Source: a virus
IMG/VR virus record: IMGVR_UViG_3300022930_000001
Coordinates: 32,001-96,000 of that record
DNA length: 64,000 nt
Strand: one strand, 5' to 3'
Positions 1 to 7,640 of this stretch are shown piece by piece. Made by a program: the position numbers and the translations under genes. The notes below the pieces were generated by a model, which saw only the letters and a list, made by a program, of their open reading frames with translations, did not search any database and was not told the origin of the DNA. The stretch's first letter is position 1, and every line of letters begins with the position of its first letter.

Positions 1-1
1 T

Positions 2-262
2 AAAAATGATTTTTTATTATGGCAACCTTTTTTAGTTTATCTCTTAGATCGACTTGATTTTTGGAAAGAAGGTTTAAATATTATAGCTATTGGTGAAAAA
101 TCAAAAGAATATTTAGGAATGTTTGGAAATCCTTCACATAATTTATTAAGTTGTGAAAGTCCTAAATTAGCTAAAGCTGAGAAAAGATCTTGGGATCATA
201 ATAATATTTTTAAGGATTTAAATATATCTTTAGAAAAACAGAATATTAAAATGAAATGGTAA
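2..262 (+). CDS. C-terminal part of a uracil-DNA glycosylase (UNG)-like protein, 5'-truncated by the window edge, probably degenerate
   Basis: Not in the ORF track. Frame 2 translates to KNDFLLWQPFLVYLLDRL...IIAIGEKSK...HNLLSCESPKLAKAEKRSWDHNNIFKDLNISLEKQNIKMKW*, which matches the family-1 UNG C-terminal pattern (W.PF; G..A/S; HP motif; F...N..L; terminal W). The HP motif reads SP here. Confidence 0.55.
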   Translation, partial: KNDFLLWQPFLVYLLDRLDFWKEGLNIIAIGEKSKEYLGMFGNPSHNLLSCESPKLAKAEKRSWDHNNIFKDLNISLEKQNIKMKW

Positions 263-528
263 AAATGCTTAAAAGACTAGTATTACTTTTACAATTAAAA
301 GGTAAAAGAGAGATATGTCAAAACCTACTTCAATTTAAAGGTACTCCATGTAAAATTACAATCTATTATCAATTAACAACTGATCTTGAACCGAGAATTT
401 GTGATTGTTGGATGGCACCTAATTGGGGATGGCCTGAACTATTTGAACAAACTGATACTATAATGACCCCTTGGAAAGGTTATATTAATAGTGCAGGAAT
501 TATCGAAATTAATGATTTAACAGAATAA
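256..528 (+). CDS. hypothetical protein
   Basis: 90-aa ORF overlapping the upstream stop, in the co-oriented run. Start uncertain. Confidence 0.5.
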   Translation: MVKMLKRLVLLLQLKGKREICQNLLQFKGTPCKITIYYQLTTDLEPRICDCWMAPNWGWPELFEQTDTIMTPWKGYINSAGIIEINDLTE

Positions 529-536
529 AACAAATT

Positions 537-842
537 ATGAAAAATATTTGGAAAGAAGAAGATATTAAAGTTGGCATGTTTATAATAAGAGAAAGTTCTA
601 AAAAACCTTCAAAAGACATTACATTTACAAGAACTGTTACAAGTCAAATCACATGGTCGCATGGTAGAACAAATACTAATTATGGATTAACTTCTGTAAT
701 GACCGATGGTTGGTTTTGTCCAATTGGAAAAAATAAACAATCATTAGCAGATCATTTAAATAATGATGAATTTGGTTATCGTCCTGCAACTAAAGAAGAA
801 ATATTAGATATGCTTATTGATAATAAACAAGGATTTTATTGA
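537..842 (+). CDS. hypothetical phage protein
   Basis: 101-aa ORF, ATG preceded by an A-rich leader (aaacaaattATG). Confidence 0.7.
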   Translation: MKNIWKEEDIKVGMFIIRESSKKPSKDITFTRTVTSQITWSHGRTNTNYGLTSVMTDGWFCPIGKNKQSLADHLNNDEFGYRPATKEEILDMLIDNKQGFY

Positions 843-864
843 TTAATTATTTAAAACAAAACAA

Positions 865-1299
865 ATGGAACAACTATTAGAGCCACAAGTTGCTCAAAAA
901 CTTGAAATAACAGAAGAAAATAAAGTAGTTTTACTTTGTGTATACGGTACATTACTCAAAGATTATGGCAACTGGGCATATTTTCTTAAAAATAAAAGTA
1001 AATTTTTAGGTACATTCCAAACTAAACCTGAATTTACAATGTATAATACTGGTGGATTTCCAATAGTATCCCCTTCTGGAAATACATCTATTGAATGTGA
1101 TGTTTTTGAAATAAAACAAAATAGTGTTTTGCAGCGCATTCATCAATTAGAAGGCTTCAGAGGTATTATTGGTAGTCCAGATAATTGGTATGATGTAATG
1201 CCTATAGAAACACCTTATGGACAAGCTTATATGTATATACAAGAAGGAGAACATCAACTTCCTATTGTAAAATCAGGTAAATGGCGTTCTAAAAATTAA
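865..1299 (+). CDS. gamma-glutamylcyclotransferase (GGACT/AIG2-like)
   Basis: VYGTL motif, GGFP, HQLEG with the catalytic Glu, terminal SGKW. Typical GGACT signature. Confidence 0.88.
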   Translation: MEQLLEPQVAQKLEITEENKVVLLCVYGTLLKDYGNWAYFLKNKSKFLGTFQTKPEFTMYNTGGFPIVSPSGNTSIECDVFEIKQNSVLQRIHQLEGFRGIIGSPDNWYDVMPIETPYGQAYMYIQEGEHQLPIVKSGKWRSKN

Positions 1300-1343
1300 T
1301 CTTTTATTCTTAATTAAACTTTAACTTAAAAAAAATATTTAAA

Positions 1344-2159
1344 ATGAGTATACAATCATTATTGATGGCAGAAGTAACTTTAGGATCAGATGTTGAATTT
1401 TTTCTAAGGCATAAACATAGTGGAGAAATTGTATCTGCTGAAGGACTTATTCCGGGTACAAAACACGAACCTGCACATTTTGATCCAAATAATAAGTATT
1501 ATGCAACTTCTTTGGATAATGTTATGGCTGAAGGTAATATCCCACCTACGGCTAATGCTTTAGATTTTTATAAATCTATTGAAAAGCTTCGTAAACATAT
1601 TGATTCTTTAGTAATTAATCAAAATCTTGAAACAATAGCTATTCCAAGTGCAAGACTTGATTTCAAATGGCTTCAAACAGAAAACGCAAAGCTTTTTGGA
1701 TGTGAACCATCGTTTAATGCATGGTCAGGAGAATGGCAACATCCTCAGGCCAAAGATGATAATGCTCGTTCTGCAGGTTTTCATATTCATTGTGGATATG
1801 ATTCCCCTTCAGAAGAAACAAATAATTTATTTGGTCGTGCTTGTGATTTATTCCTAGGTATACCATCAATAATTATGGAACCTATGAATGAACGTAAACA
1901 TGTAGGATATGGTCTTGCAGGCAATATCCGTAATAAGCCTTATGGTGTAGAATATCGTACCTTATCATCTTATTTTGCATCTTCACAGCAACTTACAGAA
2001 TGGTCATTTAGAAATACTTTGCGTGCTGTAAATTTTATAAATAACGGACATTCATCACTTATTGAAAATATGGGTGATGAAATACAACGAATTATTAATC
2101 AGGAAGATCGTAAAGCTGCAAAAGCTATTGTTAAAGAATTTAATCTTGAATTAGTATAA
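1344..2159 (+). CDS. phiEco32-like COOH-NH2 ligase type 2 (glutamine-synthetase fold)
   Basis: TLGSDVEFF, GTKHEP, DNVMAE, FGCEPSFNAW, RSAGFHIHCG, YGLAGNIRNKPYGVEYRTLS are the hallmark motifs of this family. Confidence 0.9.
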   Translation: MSIQSLLMAEVTLGSDVEFFLRHKHSGEIVSAEGLIPGTKHEPAHFDPNNKYYATSLDNVMAEGNIPPTANALDFYKSIEKLRKHIDSLVINQNLETIAIPSARLDFKWLQTENAKLFGCEPSFNAWSGEWQHPQAKDDNARSAGFHIHCGYDSPSEETNNLFGRACDLFLGIPSIIMEPMNERKHVGYGLAGNIRNKPYGVEYRTLSSYFASSQQLTEWSFRNTLRAVNFINNGHSSLIENMGDEIQRIINQEDRKAAKAIVKEFNLELV

Positions 2160-2860
2160 TGAGGTACTTTTGTAATTTTAAAACTATTAAAGCAGATACT
2201 GAAAGTCAGGATCATTTTGGAGCAGCTTGTTTTGGAGATATTTATAGAAATGGAAAAAACTATAAAAAAGTAGTTTTTTATGTTTGTAAAGACTATAAAG
2301 ATTATTCTCACAATAAAATGAATTTTTCAGAAAAACAAGTTTTAGAATATGTAGAAGGATTGAAATCTCTAGGATTTACTTTAGATGTAAATACACAAGA
2401 TTCATTTACTTATATTAGTAAAAAATATGAAGCATATTCTTTTACAATTCCTTTGAAGGAAAATTATTTTCTAGGTGTTTTGTTTCTATTAAACTGTTTA
2501 CGTTATTTACATGAAGACAATTATCCTACTATTTTAGAAAAATTATTTAAATGGTGGAATGATGAAGATCGGTCAAATTTTTATAATAAACTAATTATTG
2601 CACATTATCAACAAGAATATTCTTGTGGACATTGTTTTAAACCAAGTTATTCTAAATTATTAGATTTGGTTGAAGATGCGCAAGTACTGCAAATGATTGA
2701 ACAAAATAAAGATTCTAATTCTGTTAGTGGTAGCTTACGTCAAATAAAAAAACTACCTTCCGGACTAGACCTTGGTGAACTTAAATCATTGATTAATCAA
2801 AATAATTCATTTAAAGAAATTTTAGAAAAATATACAAAATTATGCGAAAAATATTTGTAA
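2159..2860 (+). CDS. hypothetical protein in the ligase cluster
   Basis: 233 aa, TAATG coupling to the upstream ligase. AACFG, LRYLHE and CGHC motifs, no family recognised. Confidence 0.7.
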   Translation: MRYFCNFKTIKADTESQDHFGAACFGDIYRNGKNYKKVVFYVCKDYKDYSHNKMNFSEKQVLEYVEGLKSLGFTLDVNTQDSFTYISKKYEAYSFTIPLKENYFLGVLFLLNCLRYLHEDNYPTILEKLFKWWNDEDRSNFYNKLIIAHYQQEYSCGHCFKPSYSKLLDLVEDAQVLQMIEQNKDSNSVSGSLRQIKKLPSGLDLGELKSLINQNNSFKEILEKYTKLCEKYL

Positions 2861-3456
2861 TAGGTGGAAATACGGTTTATGCTAATTGGATGCAAGGTAC
2901 ACTTGTAGAAAAACTAGAAGAAGCTGATTTAGTAGTATTAACTGGTGGTGAAGATGTTTCACCTAAATATTATCAGCAACCTGCGCACAAAACAACTTAT
3001 AATAGTCCTGCACGAGATCTTTATGAAATAAAAGAAGCTCGTAAAGCTATTGAACTTGGAATTCCAATAATAGGAATTTGTCGAGGAAGTCAACTATCAT
3101 GTGTTCTTGCGGGTGGAGATTTGGTTCAAGATCAACCTAATCCTAGATACATTCATCCAATTAAAACTTATGATGATAAAGAATTTGAAATAACAAGTAC
3201 TCATCATCAGGCACAACTTCCATTTTGTCTACCAAAAGAAGAATACAAAATTCTTGCATGGACAGAAAAAATGTTAGGTTATCATAAAGATGGATGGGAT
3301 AACGAAATTAATCCTGAAGTAGAAGTAGAAATATGTTTTTATCCTAAGATAAAAGCCTTAGCTATTCAAGGACATCCTGAATCAATGATAGAAAACGAAC
3401 CTGTTATAAAATGGTTACAAACACTGTTAACAAAACATTTGAATAATGAACTCTAA
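2842..3456 (+). CDS. class I glutamine amidotransferase / gamma-glutamyl hydrolase (peptidase C26-like)
   Basis: LTGGEDVSP..Y, RD..E, GICRGSQ (nucleophile Cys), STHHQ, QGHPE (His-Glu). The triad is intact. Confidence 0.9.
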   Translation: MRKIFVIGGNTVYANWMQGTLVEKLEEADLVVLTGGEDVSPKYYQQPAHKTTYNSPARDLYEIKEARKAIELGIPIIGICRGSQLSCVLAGGDLVQDQPNPRYIHPIKTYDDKEFEITSTHHQAQLPFCLPKEEYKILAWTEKMLGYHKDGWDNEINPEVEVEICFYPKIKALAIQGHPESMIENEPVIKWLQTLLTKHLNNEL

Positions 3457-3943
3457 AAAAATAATAAGTCACTTAAAAGAAAAAGAAAAATTATTTGATC
3501 AGGAAGGTTTTCTACATTTTAAAGAAAAAATTAGATATCGTAAATTAAATGTAGTACAATTTATTAATAATTTAATTACTAAATGGTATCCAAAATATTG
3601 TACTTATACAGCAATTGATAACTTAGATACAGGATGTGCAAAACATCATTCTGTTGAAAGCATCTATAAAACTGTAAAATATTATTATCCAAATATTACT
3701 TTAATAGAAGTAATTGGAATATTATATTATTATGGATATCAGAAAGATTTTTATGCACTTCCTTGTAATACAATTAACAAGATTACTTTTTTTAAAGCAG
3801 GTTCTCGTGGATATGGTAATTCTTTTTTTTCAGATTGGACATTATCATCATGCAGAAAATTAGAAGTTAAACTTGAAGTATTACGTAAAAATCATTTTAC
3901 AAAAGAAAAATGTGAAGAATATTTTAATTTATTAAACAACTAA
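3446..3943 (+). CDS. hypothetical protein, paralogous to the N-terminal domain of the downstream ATP-grasp ORF
   Basis: Shares LHFKE, PKY.TY, LDT, KYYYP.I.L.E and C..I.KITFF with residues 1-170 of 3946..5367. Confidence 0.75.
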   Translation: MNSKKIISHLKEKEKLFDQEGFLHFKEKIRYRKLNVVQFINNLITKWYPKYCTYTAIDNLDTGCAKHHSVESIYKTVKYYYPNITLIEVIGILYYYGYQKDFYALPCNTINKITFFKAGSRGYGNSFFSDWTLSSCRKLEVKLEVLRKNHFTKEKCEEYFNLLNN

Positions 3944-3945
3944 AA

Positions 3946-5367
3946 ATGACAAAAGAAAAAGTTTTAAATATCCTAGTAGCAAAAGAGCAGACCTTTATTG
4001 AGAAAGGACTTTTGCACTTTAAAGAAGTATTAAAAGAAGAAATTAACATTAAAATTGAAGAATTTATTGTAAAACTTTTAAAAGAACATATTCCTAAGTA
4101 TTCAACATATTGTATTAATAATGGTGTGTTAGATACTGTTGCTAATAAAAATAGATCATTTGAAGATATTTTTAGAATAACAAAGTATTATTATCCTGAA
4201 ATAAAATTGAATGAACTATATGCAATTTTAATGCTGATGGTTCATAATACTGAAGAAACAGGAATTAGAACTCTTTGTTGTGGATCAATTCATAAAATAA
4301 CATTTTTTCATAAAACAATTAGAGATTATAGTAATTATCCTGATGATGGTTCTACTGATATCTCATTAGAAATAACCAATAAAAATTTAAATAATATATT
4401 TACTAAAAATTATTGTCAAGAATTAATTAATAATTTAAACAAACCAAAAGAAATAATTAAAAAGAAAGTTATGGAAAATAATATAATTCCTATTTTAGGT
4501 TTGGCTGTCAGGGGAGGTTTTCGTCCTCGTATTTGTTCTCGTCATCCTACACATAATATTCTTCGTACAGAACTTCCAAAAATGAAGTTTAGATCTGTAT
4601 TTCGTCTTGGTTCTACTACTGAAATTGAAGATGTTATAGATAATGGAGGTGTAAGAGTTGAAATTAATTCTATTGAATCTGTTAAAAATTCTGCATCTAA
4701 AAGGCTTATGAAAGAATGCTTTACTGATGCAGGTGTTAAAACTGCAGATTGGTTTATTGTAGACGCACAAGGAAATTTTATTCAAAAACTTGGTGAAAAT
4801 TCCAAAAAAATATCTAAAAAAGAATTACCTTTTCCACTTATTATTAAAAGCCTTCATGGTTCTCGTGGTCGTGGTAATACACTTGTAAAAGATCTTGCGG
4901 CTTTAGATATATTTTTACAGGGTAAGGATATGAAGAATTATATTATCGAAAAATTCTATTCTTATTCTCGTGAATATCGTATTCATGTTACAAGTGAAGG
5001 TTACTTTTATACTTGTCGTAAAATGCTTAAAAAAGATACTCCTGAAGATAAGCGTTTCCAAAGGCATGATGATAATTGTGTATGGATTGTTGAAGATAAT
5101 CCTTCTTTTGAAAAACCTGTAAATTGGGATGCATTAGTCGCAGATTGTATAAAAGCACTTGAAAGCCTTGGTGGAGATATAATGGCCTTTGATGTTAAAA
5201 TGCAATCTGTAAAAGATGCTAAAGGTAATCTTCGTAAAGATCCAAAATGGATCATACTTGAATCTTGTAGTGCTCCTAGTTTTGGAGAAATTACTGCAAA
5301 AAAGTATATTGAGCAAATACCTAAAGTTGCTACTCGTATTGCTTTAGAAGTAGGAATACTTAAATAA
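3946..5367 (+). CDS. ATP-grasp peptide ligase (RimK/YheCD-like) with an N-terminal duplicated domain
   Basis: C-terminal ~300 aa: VFRLGST, IN..ESVKNSASK, FPLIIKSLHGSRGRG, IEKF, EYRIHV, GGDIMAFDV, ILESCSAPS. Possible internal ATG at 4471. Confidence 0.85.
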   Translation: MTKEKVLNILVAKEQTFIEKGLLHFKEVLKEEINIKIEEFIVKLLKEHIPKYSTYCINNGVLDTVANKNRSFEDIFRITKYYYPEIKLNELYAILMLMVHNTEETGIRTLCCGSIHKITFFHKTIRDYSNYPDDGSTDISLEITNKNLNNIFTKNYCQELINNLNKPKEIIKKKVMENNIIPILGLAVRGGFRPRICSRHPTHNILRTELPKMKFRSVFRLGSTTEIEDVIDNGGVRVEINSIESVKNSASKRLMKECFTDAGVKTADWFIVDAQGNFIQKLGENSKKISKKELPFPLIIKSLHGSRGRGNTLVKDLAALDIFLQGKDMKNYIIEKFYSYSREYRIHVTSEGYFYTCRKMLKKDTPEDKRFQRHDDNCVWIVEDNPSFEKPVNWDALVADCIKALESLGGDIMAFDVKMQSVKDAKGNLRKDPKWIILESCSAPSFGEITAKKYIEQIPKVATRIALEVGILK

Positions 5368-5465
5368 AGATTTAAAGAGACTGTTTAATGTGCATAGAAG
5401 CTTTTGCGAAGCGTAGAACATTACTTTAACTATTTTAAAAACAAAACAAATAAAACTAATTTAAA

Positions 5466-7640
5466 ATGATAACATCAATAGCATATTATTTGCTCATACT
5501 AATTGCCTTAAGAGTATTTTTTAAGCCAGACAGCTCTATACTATGCTGTGGAATTGCAGGAGTTTCTGTTGTAAAAGGTTTAACTCCTGAACAAGAACAA
5601 AAAGTAACCATGAATATGAAATTGCTAGCACTAGCAAATCAAAGTCGTGGTGAAGATGGTTGCGGTGTATATATGAATGGTGAAATATTCAAAGGATATG
5701 AAGATAGTACTAATAAAATACATACTAAAAAAATGGTAGATTTTCTTGGTCAACCAGAATGGATATTACCCAAACTAGATTCTACGTTAGGTACTGCAAT
5801 GTTTATGCATGCACGTAAAACAACTTCTGGTGCATCTGTGCGGGCAAATACCCATCCATTTTATATAAAATCAGTACATAATGAAAAAGATGATATGATT
5901 CTTTGTCATAATGGTACTATTAAAAACATTTGGGATATGTGCCGTGAATATGAAATGAAGAATTCTGATTATAATGTAGATTCTTTTGCTCTTGGTGCAA
6001 TGATTGATAAAGTTGGAGCTAAAAAAGCTTTGACAAAATATGATGGCGCTGCAGCATTACTTTGGGTAAAACCTGCAGAACCTGATATACTGTATGTATT
6101 TCATGGTGCTTCTCGTACTGTAAAAGATGGTGTAATTTATTATGAACGTCCATTATGTTTCCTTAAAACAAAAGAAGGAATTTATTTTTCTTCAATGGAA
6201 GAATCATTGTATGCTATTCGTGATAGTGTTGATCAGCAAGTATTTGATGTTGATGCCAATGAAGTAATACGAGTTCGTAATGGTAAATTTGTACACCCAA
6301 GGATAGCCATTGATCGTGCAGATTCTTGTCTTTATAAAGCACCTGTAAGACCTGCATATAATTGGAATGAAAAACCTACAGAAATTGGATTTAAACCTAC
6401 AAATCAGACTGGTTCAAGTATTATTGCGACTGAGGTTCTAAGTGCTCCTAAAGTATCATTAGTATGGTCAGAAACAATGCCTGTTAAACCAACAGAAGGT
6501 ACTAGAATACTTTTTGCAAAAAATCGCTATTGGTTCAATGGATCATTACTTGTACATGGTGAACAATATTTAAACTGTAAAGGAATTGTAGATGATAAAA
6601 CACATCATGATACTAAAGCGTATTATTTTTGGGCAGGTATTTTATTGAAATCTGAAGCTGATTATAATATTCTATTAAATGTGAGTAAAGATGCTTCTTC
6701 ATGGATAAGAAGTCAATCAGTTAATTTTGCATATACAATCTCTAAATTTGCAGCACATCCAGTCACAAATAGTGAAACAGAATTTATTACAGTTAATAAT
6801 ATAGGTTCTGAACCTTACTGGAGATTTGCATTTTATGAAGATGGTCATCGTTGTAAAAAGAATTTTAGTGCTAAATTTAGCTCTAGAACATATGTGATAA
6901 ACAAACAAGCATTTCTTGAAAAAATAGTAAGTTCTGATAAATTAGATAAAGAATTCTTCATTGAAAATCTTAAAACAGATTCTACAAATAATGATGTATT
7001 ATCGGTGTTTGATTGTTCTTATAAAGAAATAAATGAACTTGTTAGAACAATAACAGTCGTTGAAAAATTAGTAGTAAAGGAATTTTTAGCAGAACAATTA
7101 AAAGCTGATTCTCCTGTAGATCCTGTACCTGCTGAAATAGAGGATGCTTACATGACACTTCTACGAAATGTAATTAAAAATGAAACTTGCATTCGAGTAG
7201 AATTAAATGATTTAACAACAACTTTGGAAACTTATGTAGAAATGATTGAACTTGAATATAAAAATCGAGGAAATTCATACAGTAAGGAAGAAGAAGAATT
7301 TGATAAATTCATTGATGGAAATTTTATCATTGATACTGTAGAGCCAACACTTCCGTCTACAAGTATCGAAGAAGAGGAAGCTTTTACAACTTATACTGAA
7401 GAACAAATAGAACTTGAAATGACAAAAGAAAAACTTGAAATGGTTATTGATCAACTAGCAATGCTAGATGAAACAGCTGAAGAACTAAAAACAATAAATA
7501 ATGATTTGGCTCAAGAATCGGCAAGTGTTTTATATAAATCTTTAGATTCTATAAAACATAATTTGTCAGAAATTCTTGTAAAAAATGATTGTACAAATTT
7601 ATCAAATGAATTAAACCGTAAAGTAAAAACAATTATATAA
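5466..7640 (+). CDS. class II (Ntn) glutamine amidotransferase domain protein with a long C-terminal extension
   Basis: CGIAG at residues 28-32, SRGEDGCG, HARKTT.G, NTHPF, HNGTI, VDS, GAAAL, ERPL, FSS. The C-terminus is acidic and helical. Confidence 0.88.
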   Translation: MITSIAYYLLILIALRVFFKPDSSILCCGIAGVSVVKGLTPEQEQKVTMNMKLLALANQSRGEDGCGVYMNGEIFKGYEDSTNKIHTKKMVDFLGQPEWILPKLDSTLGTAMFMHARKTTSGASVRANTHPFYIKSVHNEKDDMILCHNGTIKNIWDMCREYEMKNSDYNVDSFALGAMIDKVGAKKALTKYDGAAALLWVKPAEPDILYVFHGASRTVKDGVIYYERPLCFLKTKEGIYFSSMEESLYAIRDSVDQQVFDVDANEVIRVRNGKFVHPRIAIDRADSCLYKAPVRPAYNWNEKPTEIGFKPTNQTGSSIIATEVLSAPKVSLVWSETMPVKPTEGTRILFAKNRYWFNGSLLVHGEQYLNCKGIVDDKTHHDTKAYYFWAGILLKSEADYNILLNVSKDASSWIRSQSVNFAYTISKFAAHPVTNSETEFITVNNIGSEPYWRFAFYEDGHRCKKNFSAKFSSRTYVINKQAFLEKIVSSDKLDKEFFIENLKTDSTNNDVLSVFDCSYKEINELVRTITVVEKLVVKEFLAEQLKADSPVDPVPAEIEDAYMTLLRNVIKNETCIRVELNDLTTTLETYVEMIELEYKNRGNSYSKEEEEFDKFIDGNFIIDTVEPTLPSTSIEEEEAFTTYTEEQIELEMTKEKLEMVIDQLAMLDETAEELKTINNDLAQESASVLYKSLDSIKHNLSEILVKNDCTNLSNELNRKVKTII

